DNA of 64,000 nt from Bryobacterales bacterium (GTDB lineage Bacteria; Acidobacteriota; Terriglobia; Bryobacterales; UBA6623): contig CAXXKD010000001.1 in NCBI GenBank assembly GCA_963422375.2, forward strand, positions 128,001 through 192,000. Direction: 5' to 3'. Position 1 is the first letter of the stretch. Each line of letters opens with the position of its first letter. The position numbers were made by a program, and so were the translations under genes. Below the pieces are notes generated by a model. It had not been told where the DNA came from. It worked only from the letters and a program-made list of their open reading frames with translations, and searched no databases. Of this stretch, positions 41,086 to 49,828 are shown piece by piece.

Positions 41086-42637
41086 ATGGAATACCGGATC
41101 CCGGCCGGGCATCCAGATTCTTCGGAGCCTAACCGTCCTAGCGCTCGGGCCCTCTTGGCGGCCGTGCCCGCCACGGCCCAGGACTGTCTCGAGGTAACCG
41201 TGGTCGACCCGTCAGGGGCGGCAGTCGCGAATTCGACCGTAGTGATCGGCCCGAGCGAGCAGCCCACCGACGACCTTGGCGTCGCGACCTTCTGCGGTCT
41301 TGGGGACTGGCCCCACTCGGTCCTCGCGTTGGCCCCGGGCCTGGCCCCGGCGGAAATCACGATCCAGCAGTCGGCCGGTGCCGTGCAGATCCCCCTAGCG
41401 CTCGAGACGGTGAGCGACCGTATCGTCGTCATCGGCAGCCGCCGCAGGGGCGCGCAGTGCTGGAGTCATCCGTGCCCGTCGATATCGTCGGGAGTGAGGA
41501 CTTCACCCAGCAAGGCCAGACTGACCTGGCCAACCAACTGCGCAACACGGTCCCGTCGTTCAACGTCAACTCGAACCCCATCAGCGACTCCGGCACGATC
41601 GTGCGGCCGGCCAGCCTGCGCAACATGGCTCCGGACCACACGTTGCTGCTCGTGAACGGCAAGCTCCGCCACCGCGCCGCCGTGATTAACTTCTTCGCGG
41701 TCGGGCCGACGGCCGGTGCGCAGGGACCTGACCTGACGCCCATTCCGTCGATCGCGGTCCAGCGCGCGGAGGTCCAGCGCGACGGAGCGTCGGCGCAGTA
41801 CGGATCCGACGCCATCGCCCGGGGTTCTCAACTTCGTCCTGAAGGACGCTTCGCAGGGCGGCAGCGTCCAGGTGACCGCCGGGGGCTACAGCGCGGGCGA
41901 CGGCCAGAACCTCACGTTCGCGGGCAATGCCGGACTGCCTCTAGGCGGGGAGGGTTCGCCAACCTGAGTCTCGAGTACGGCAATTCCCGGCCCACCAACC
42001 GCGCCGTGCAGCGCTACGACGCGGCACGGCTGATCGCCCACGGCAACAACTACGTCCGCAGTCCGACGGCCCAGGACTGGGGTGAGCCTCGCATCGACGA
42101 CGACGTCAAGTTCTTCGGTAATTTCGGCAAGTACGTGGGCGGCACGAAGCAGGCCTACGCCCATGCGAACTATGCCGCCAAGCACGTCGACGGCGGCTTC
42201 TACTTTCGCAACCCGCACACCCGTGGCGGCGTCTACAGCGGCGACGGCGGCAAGACCCTGCTCGTCGGCGATCTCCTCGATGCCAAGGACGGTGTCTTGG
42301 GCAGTTCCGCCGGCTGCCCGACCGTGCGGGTCGGAGGAGGCCGGATCCTCGATCCGGACAACTACCAGCGGGTGGTTAACGATCCCAACTGCTTCACCTT
42401 CCACAAGCCGTTCGCCGGCGCTCCGGAGGGGAGGCCGGGCGGGTTCACGCCGCAGTTCGGAGGGGACTCCCAGGACAGCTCGATCGTCGCGGGTCTGCGT
42501 GGCACCTTCCCCCGAACCTTGTCTGGGACGCCAGCATGAGCCTCGGCACGCACATCCTAGACCTGTTCATCTACAACACGGTGAATGCTTCGATGGGACC
42601 GGAGTTCCCGACGATGTTCGATCCGGGCGACTACTGA
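41086..42637 (+). pseudogene. Frameshifted, truncated paralog of TBDT3
   Basis: Colinear high similarity to the first ~525 codons of TBDT3; frameshifts near 41441, 41820, 41946 and 42508; ends just before an IS. Confidence 0.92.
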
Positions 42638-42653
42638 GAGGCGCAAAAGTCTT

Positions 42654-43694
42654 CCTGATTACCCACAAGACTCAGCCAAGGTTAGGAGACGGTAAGGCAT
42701 GGGCGGGGTGCGCACGGAGGCGTGGAGCAGGCGGGGGACCAGCACCGCCAGATCGTAGCGGCGGTTGAAGCGGTAGCGGAACTCGGCGAGGTACCGCGGC
42801 AGGTGCTTGCCGTCGAGCGAATGGCAGGTTCCCGCCAGGGACTGCTTGACGTTCGCCAGCATCGTGTTGACCCGGAAGAAGCGGGAATCGCCGCAGCTCC
42901 GCTGCCCGCCTCCGGTGACGGTCGGCACGTGCTCGCAGCCGGCGCCGGCCACGTCCCGGAAGCAGGCCAAGCCGTCGGAATGCACCTCCGTGCCGGGCTG
43001 CAAGTGCCGCCCGGCCCACGCTGCCAGCGTCTTCTTGCGGAAGCCCGCCACGCCGCTCATGCGCATCCTTGCCGGCTGGCCGTCGGCGGTGACCTGCACG
43101 GCGGCCACGAACGGCGTCTTGCCCGCCGCGCCGCGCCCGCGCTTGCCGCCGCTCCGCTCCCCGCCCCAGTAGGCATCGTCCACCTGCACGATGCCGCCCG
43201 GCGGCACGCGCTCGTCGCGCTCCTTCATCACTTGCAGGAGCTTGTGCTTCATCTTCCAAGCCGTGTTCCGGCTCACGCCCAGCTGCCGCGCCAGTTCCAG
43301 CGACGAAACGCCGTGCTTGCCCTGCGTCAGCAGGTGGATCGCCAGCAACCGGACGGTCAGCGGCAGCTGGGTGGCGGCGCAGATCGTGCCGGCGACGAGG
43401 GAGGTCCGGCGGTGGCAGGCATTGCGGCATGGCACTGCCAGAGCTTGCGGGAGCGGATGCGGCAGTGTCGCCGGGAGCCGCACTCCGGGCAGCGGAAGCC
43501 GTCCGGCCAGCGGGCGTTGAAGACGGCCTGCTCGCATGGCCCCTCGCTGCCGTAGCGCTGCAGGAACTTGCCCAGGCTGAGTCCCTTCTGGAATTGCACG
43601 CGATTGCGTTTCAGCTGCTATCCCCTTTCCTGTCAGAGATTTCCGATCTCCTTCAGTATAGCATATCCTCGGCTGACGTTCGTTGTTAATCAGG
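42654..43694 (-). mobile_element. Second, distinct IS1595-family element (frameshifted transposase)
   Basis: TIRs CCTGATTA..TCAGCC / GGCTGA..TAATCAGG; QFQKGLSL, CPEC, VQVDDAYWGGE, SDGL, RYLAEF.YRFNRR; frameshift near 43425. Confidence 0.9.
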
Positions 43695-45208
43695 ATAAGA
43701 TTTCATATTTCTTCTGACTTTCCGTTGAAATTCTGTGGTGTTTCTTGGTGGAATAGTTCCAGTAGGGGATACCGTAAATGAAGAAACAAGGTCCCGGAAA
43801 GTGGTTCCGTAAAGGCATCACATTGATCGAAGTGATCGCCATGTTCCCCGATGACGAATCCGCGGAAAAGTGGTTCGCCTCCATGCGCTGGCCCGACGGC
43901 CCCGCGTGCCCCCACTGCCTCGGATCCAGCGTGCAGTCCGGTGCGGCCCACCCTTCGATGCCGTACCGTTGCCGCGGCTGCGGCAAGCGCTTTTCCGTGC
44001 GCAGCGGCAGCGTGATGGCCGACACCAAGCTCGGCTACCGCACCCGGGCCGTCGCCCTGTTCCTGCTGACCACCGGCATCAAGGGCGTCTCGAGCATGAA
44101 GCTGCACCGTGACCCGGGCATCAGCCAAAAGTCGGCCCGGCACCTGGCGCACCGCATCCGCGCGTGCCGGGAGCGGGATCAGGGCCTGTTCGCCGGCCCG
44201 GTGGAGGTGGACGAGACCTGCGTCGGCGGCAAGGAACGCAACCGGCACGAGAGGAAGAAGGCCCGCGCCGGGCGCGGGCCCGTCGGCAAGACGCCCGTGG
44301 CGGGGGCGCGGGACCGCGCCACGAACGCAGTGGCCGCGCGGCCGCTGCCGGGCACCGCCAAGGGCGACTTGCAGGGCTTCGTGCGCGGCCGGGTCGCGCC
44401 GGGGGCGCAGGTCCGCTCCGACGAGGCGGCGGCCTACGCCGGCATGGCGGAGTTCCCGCACGAAGCGGTCAGGCACTCCGGCGCTCCGGCGGCGAGTACG
44501 TGCGCGGGGCAGCGCATGCGAACGGCATCGAATCGTTTGGGTCCCTGTTCAAGCGCGGCCTGTACGGAACCTATCACCGGATGAGCGTCCGTCATCTCGG
44601 CCGCTACCTCACGGAGTTCGCGGGACGGTACAACGACCGCGACTGCGACACATCGGAACAACAGAGGAACAACAGAGGAACAGATGCGGCGCATGGCGCG
44701 GGGCTTGGTCCGCCGGACGCTGACCTACCGGCAGCTGACCGGCGCAGCTGACCGGCAAGGCCGCGGTCGCGGCCTGAGCGGCGCCCGCCGAGCTGAGCGC
44801 GACAGCCCGCTGCGGGCGCGCTCTTCACGCTCGGTGCGCTTCACGCTCGGTACGAGGGGCGCACCGGATCCGGAATGCCCCGGTGCGACCCCGGTCCGGC
44901 CCGGACCGTCCATGCAGGCCGTCGAGCACCGGGGATCCGCTGTTTTCGGCCCTCGCAGGGCCTGCAAGCGGCTTGCAAGGGGTGCCCTGCCACCGCCAAC
45001 CGGGTTCCACCGGGGCAACCGGGGCATGCGAGGCGGCCTCTCTAGTCCCTTCCTCGTCCAATCCGCTGGCAGGCTCGATTCAGATACGATCCCACCCCTC
45101 TGTGCCCGCCGCGGCCGCACTCGAATGACCCGAGCTCGACACCGACCTCCCTGCTCACAGCAGTTCTAGTCGGACATGGCGTCGTCGGCACTCAGATATA
45201 TAATTCCC
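43695..45208 (+). mobile_element. IS1595-family element, copy 3 (left TIR lost, frameshifted)
   Basis: Near-identical to copy 2 from 43695; right TIR ends at 45208; 8-bp duplication frameshift at 44476. Confidence 0.92.
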
Positions 45209-45542
45209 ATTCAATGCCCCTCGCCCAGAGCGCATCATTGAACAGCCAAGGCGATGGATGTGGCAAGTGAGGCCCGGTACCAGGAGGGGACGAATGGCCG
45301 GCGGTCCGGCGCTGATGCATCCTGCGGTTCGACCGGACCAACGGTCTCTAGCGCGTCGACCATTCATAGGTTACACTTCAAGATAGAGGCTGGGAATCGG
45401 ACCGTACGTGAATTCCGCCGAGCATTTCGCGGGGAGTACCGCTGCCCGAGAACGGCAAGCAGTGCGATGCGGGCGCTTGGACGCTGGCCCTGTCTCCTGC
45501 GGAATCGATAGGCAGGGCTAGACAGGCAGGGCTAGAGGAGGA

Positions 45543-48446
45543 ATGCCGCGGATTAGCGAGGCGGCCTTCAACGTCGAGCTGGCCAACGTCCTGCGCGGGA
45601 AGAATCCGCGCTGGCTGCATCGCATCGGCGCGGAGCAGTCCGAGGTCTTTGAGCAACGGGCGCTCCGCCCGGACATCCTAGTCGATAATCCCGGCGGGCT
45701 GCCGGTGGCTGTAGAGACCGAGTTCCTGCCCGCCGGCGGCGTCGAGGAGGATGCGCGCAGGCGTCTCGGCTTGGTGGTCGGAGACTTGGGTGCCGCGGTA
45801 GAGCAGAGCCTGGCGGTGCGGGTACCGGTCTCCCTGCGCCAGGAGCAAGGCGACCTCGCGCGGCGGATTCAGTCCGCGGAATTCGCCTACTGCGTCTTCT
45901 CCTTGGCGGAGACCGAGCCCGCTCGCTGGCCGGCCTCGGGCTGGATCCGCGGCGGTGCCGACGACCTGGCGGCCTGCATCGAGCGGGTCTCCGTCTCCGA
46001 GCGCCTGATCGCGAAGGGGATCGAGATTCTGGAGCGTCGCGTGCGGCAGGCGGCCCGGCGCGTCCTGACGGACAGCGAGCTCGGTTTCGACGGGCCGTTG
46101 CTGGAGATGGCCGAACTGCTGCACCAGGAGCCGGGCGAGCAAACGGCAAGGATGGCGATGGCGATCCTCGCCAACGCCCTGATCTTCCACAACTCGATTG
46201 CCGGTGCGCACCGGCTCAAGAGGATCGACGAGATCCGGGACGGCCTAGGCGACATCTCGCCGCGCCTGATCCAAGAGCAATGGCGGCACGTCCTGAGGAA
46301 CATCAACTACTGGCCGATCTTCGAGATCGCCTCGGCGATTCTCGGCGGCTTGCGGGCGAGCTCGACGAAGCCGGTGGTGGCGCTGCTGGCCGGCGCGGCG
46401 GGCGAGCTGTCCAACGTAGGCGTCACGAGCCTGCACGACATGTCGGGGCGCATGTTCCAGCGGCTGATCGTGGACCGCAAGTTCCTCGCCACGTTCTACA
46501 CGCTGCCGGTCTCCGCGGCCCTGCTGGGCGAGCTGGCGGTGTCGCGAATGCGGTGCGACTGGTCCAGCGGGAAGGCGCTGGCGGCGTTGCGGATCGCCGA
46601 TCTGGCCTGCGGCACGGGCACGCTGATCTCGGCAGCTTACCAAGCGGTCCTAGGCCGGCACCGGCGGGCAGGGGGCAACGACGCGAGAGTGCATGCGGCC
46701 ATGATCGAACGGTCCTTGGTGGCGGCGGACATCATGCCTGCGGCAACGCACTTAGCGGCCTCTATGCTGTCCAGCGCTCATCCGGGGCTGAAATTCCGCC
46801 GGACGCGGGTGCTGACGATGCCCTACGGCAGGCAGGCGGATGGGCGCCCCTTGGCGCTGGGCTCGCTGGACCTGATCACCGAAGAGGTGGCGCGACCGCT
46901 GTTCGGCACGGGGCGGAGGGTGGCTTCCGGGGACCGCCCGGATGCCGAGGACTGCGACGGCCGGGACGAGGTCGCTTTGGAGCACGGGGCGGCGGACCTG
47001 GTGATCATGAACCCGCCGTTCACGCGGCCGACGAACCACGAGTCGTCGACGGTTCCCGTGCCTTCGTTTGCCGGCTTCGAAAAGACGGCGGAGGAGCAAA
47101 GAGCGATGGCGCGGCACTTGGCCCGCATTCGCGGTGCGCTGGGGACTGCGGCGGGTCACGGCAACGCCGGGATCGCGTCGAACTTCGTCGACTTGGCGCA
47201 CGCCAAGGCTAGGCCTGGGGGTGTGGTGGCGCTGGTGCTGCCGATCGCGGCGGTAAGCGGCGTCGCTTGGCGGAACATGCGGGCGCTGCTCGCGCGGCAC
47301 TACTGCGACCTGACGGTTGTCACGCTGGCGGTGAGCGGCGACACCGCTAGGGCGTTTTCGGCCGACACGGGCATGGCCGAGGCGCTGGTCGTTGCCACTC
47401 GCAAGCGAGACGATTCGGAAGCGAGCGGCGACACCATGTTCGTCAGCCTGTACCAGCGTCCGGAGAGCCTCGCGGCGGCCGCGGAGACGGCTAGGGTGAT
47501 CGCCACGCTGACGGCGGACAGCCGTAGCGGCCGTCTGAGAATCGGCGACAGCGAGGTGGGCAGCTTTGTGAGGGCGCCGCTAAGTGAGGGCGGTTGCGCA
47601 CGGGTGCGGGAGCCGAGGCTCGCGCACGCCATGATGTCGTTGCGCGGAGGACTTCTGAGTCTCCCGCGACTGGCCCCGTGCGAGCTGCCGGTCGCGCTGC
47701 TCGGTGAGCTAGGCGACCGGGGCCCGCTGCACCGTGATGTCTCGGGGGCAGAGACTGGTTCAGGCGGGCGGCCACGAGGCCCGTTCGAAGTGGTCCCGCT
47801 GGAGGGGACGCCCATTCAGGCGGTACCGTATCCGATGCTGTGGGCGCATTCAGCGGAGCGCGAGCGGCGGCTCGTCGTCGAGCCAGACACCACAGGAGAG
47901 CCTAGGCCGGGATGTGCTGACCGGGCCATTGACCTCTGGAAGCGGACGGCTGGTCGGCTGCACTTCAACTTGGATTTCCAGCTGAATTCGCAATGCCTCG
48001 CGGCGTGCCTGACGCAGGAGCCGGCGATGGGAGGCAGGGCGTGGCCAACCTTCTTGCTGAAGCGGGCTCAGCTGGAACAGGCCCTTGCGCTCTGCGCGAA
48101 CTCCACGCTTGGCCTGATGGCTTTCTGGTGGATCGGGAGCAGGCAGCAGGAGGGGCGGTCCGTGGTCACGATCAAGTCGCTGCCGGGCCTGCCGGTCCTT
48201 GACGTTCGTGCGCTCGACGATTCGCGAGTCGACGTAGCGCGGAGCGCATTTGACAGCTTCCGGCGCCGGACCTTCCTGCCGGCCAACGAGGCGTACCGAG
48301 ACGAGACGCGCCACGCCCTTGACCGCTTCGTTTTGGTGGATCTCTTTGGCTTGTCCGAGGCAGTTCTCGAGCCGCTCGCCGTCGTCCGGGCCCAGTGGTG
48401 CGCAGAGCCATCGGTACATGGAGGCAAGGCATCCGCGATTCAGTAG
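45543..48446 (+). CDS. Single-chain Type IIG-like restriction-modification enzyme (nuclease + N6-adenine MTase + target recognition domain)
   Basis: N-terminal RPDIL..VAVETE, motif I IADLACGTGTL, motif IV VIMNPPF; GAGGAGG RBS. Confidence 0.82.
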   Translation: MPRISEAAFNVELANVLRGKNPRWLHRIGAEQSEVFEQRALRPDILVDNPGGLPVAVETEFLPAGGVEEDARRRLGLVVGDLGAAVEQSLAVRVPVSLRQEQGDLARRIQSAEFAYCVFSLAETEPARWPASGWIRGGADDLAACIERVSVSERLIAKGIEILERRVRQAARRVLTDSELGFDGPLLEMAELLHQEPGEQTARMAMAILANALIFHNSIAGAHRLKRIDEIRDGLGDISPRLIQEQWRHVLRNINYWPIFEIASAILGGLRASSTKPVVALLAGAAGELSNVGVTSLHDMSGRMFQRLIVDRKFLATFYTLPVSAALLGELAVSRMRCDWSSGKALAALRIADLACGTGTLISAAYQAVLGRHRRAGGNDARVHAAMIERSLVAADIMPAATHLAASMLSSAHPGLKFRRTRVLTMPYGRQADGRPLALGSLDLITEEVARPLFGTGRRVASGDRPDAEDCDGRDEVALEHGAADLVIMNPPFTRPTNHESSTVPVPSFAGFEKTAEEQRAMARHLARIRGALGTAAGHGNAGIASNFVDLAHAKARPGGVVALVLPIAAVSGVAWRNMRALLARHYCDLTVVTLAVSGDTARAFSADTGMAEALVVATRKRDDSEASGDTMFVSLYQRPESLAAAAETARVIATLTADSRSGRLRIGDSEVGSFVRAPLSEGGCARVREPRLAHAMMSLRGGLLSLPRLAPCELPVALLGELGDRGPLHRDVSGAETGSGGRPRGPFEVVPLEGTPIQAVPYPMLWAHSAERERRLVVEPDTTGEPRPGCADRAIDLWKRTAGRLHFNLDFQLNSQCLAACLTQEPAMGGRAWPTFLLKRAQLEQALALCANSTLGLMAFWWIGSRQQEGRSVVTIKSLPGLPVLDVRALDDSRVDVARSAFDSFRRRTFLPANEAYRDETRHALDRFVLVDLFGLSEAVLEPLAVVRAQWCAEPSVHGGKASAIQ

Positions 48447-48474
48447 CCCGCGGTTCATCACCCCATAGGCCCGC

Positions 48475-48960
48475 TCATGCCGACGGGAGGCGCTCGTCTG
48501 GATCGGCGAGTAGATTCGGCCGCACGACGGTTCTCGAGCCGCTCGCCCCGCTTGCCACTGAAGACGTCACGTCGGTTTCGCCGGACAGCGTGATGTCCGT
48601 GTCAATGTAGCTTCGCCGGGTTGGCCGCGCCGCGTGCCCCGCTAGGACGAGGTGCGGACCACGTCCCTTATGCGGGCCCGCGGGACACTCGACAGCTCCG
48701 TCGCAGGGGGTCCCCGTCGGCCTCTCTTGGATTCCAATGGCTGAAGCGCAACACCGTCCGTTCGGTTCGCCGGCAGGCAACCCCTGCAGCGCCGGGCCAC
48801 CGTTCATGAACTGCCGGACCTCATCCAACCCCGGCACCGACGCGAGTTCGAATTGCACGATGTTTTTCCCGCGGGCCTCGTGCGTCCGGGGGAGGCCCCG
48901 CTCGGGCGCACTCCACGCCGGAAGTGCCCGTCCGCTTCAGGCTCATGTCACTTCGGGAAG
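48475..48960 (-). pseudogene. Possible highly decayed integrase-core transposase remnant
   Basis: Fragments LDEVRQFMNG and RRSYIDTDITLSGETD, plus CTTCAGGCTCAT at about 48935, resemble from memory the N-terminus and end of such elements. Confidence 0.3.
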
Positions 48961-49828
48961 GCTTCATCCTGCGCCACGGTGCCATCGTGCTGATTCCGTA
49001 AGATCGCAGGAATTGCTGAGCATGTCGACATTCCATTCCGCCCTTGATCCGTGACCCAGCGGGGCGAGTTGGCTTGCGGAAGCTAACCAACGAATTCTCG
49101 AGAGTAGAATCTTGCACCATAGCGAAACCGGTGCTACCTGCAAATTGGGCCACATGTTCCAATCCTTGATCCATCGGTCGAATGAATCCGAACTGGGTTG
49201 CCGTTTCTGAGGGGTCTCTGGCGTCAGTCGATCACGGCTAAATACAGACCTACCGGATTTCCTGATGGTGGTCCGCATAGGGCAGTCGCAAGTCCGTCAA
49301 TTTCGATCCCAATGTCCGTCCTAACCAGCTCGAATGCCAGCGGCGGCGAACTGCTCCTGCCCGTAAGTCACGGCGCGGCCGTCGCGCCTGAGGGACACCG
49401 TAGGACGCATGCGTAGTCCGAGGCTGCTGCGCGTGTTGCCGTTCTTCGCGTCCGGGATGCATGGCGCGACTCTCACGCCGCGTATGCGCTGCAGGGTCCG
49501 CGTGCGGTGCGTGGCGGTTGCGTGCCGTCATCCTCGGGCCGCCTGGCCGGTCCTGCGGCGGCAGCCCGGCATCAGGGCTCGGTCGGGCTGGGCAGCTCGC
49601 TCCAGACAACACGCGAACGGCCTTCTCGGGGCTGGCTACCGCCGAGAGTCCGGTCGGCACGCCGTACTCGGCTCGGCCTTGCGGACGCCGTCATCGGCCG
49701 CGCCACCGGCCCCGGCTGGCAGGTCGGCGCAGCCGACCGAGGCGAGGGGCACTCCAACCCCTCCGCAGCGCGGCCCTCGCGCCGTTTCCGTGGGGCGGCG
49801 GGGCGAGTCGATAGAATCGACGAAGGCG

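Noticed and set aside
38009..42637. DGR or shufflon explanation for the TBDT duplicates
   Set aside because: No reverse transcriptase or invertase, differences are not adenine-specific, and no repeated crossover sites were seen.
44655..44684. CRISPR-like or iteron repeats
   Set aside because: Only short head-to-tail duplications without spacers; no cas genes in the window.
49409..49828. N-terminal 140 aa of the listed 1080-aa ORF (likewise the extensions of ORFs at 12182, 14940 and 32131)
   Set aside because: Arg/Pro-rich non-coding read-through; signal peptides or family motifs start at downstream codons.
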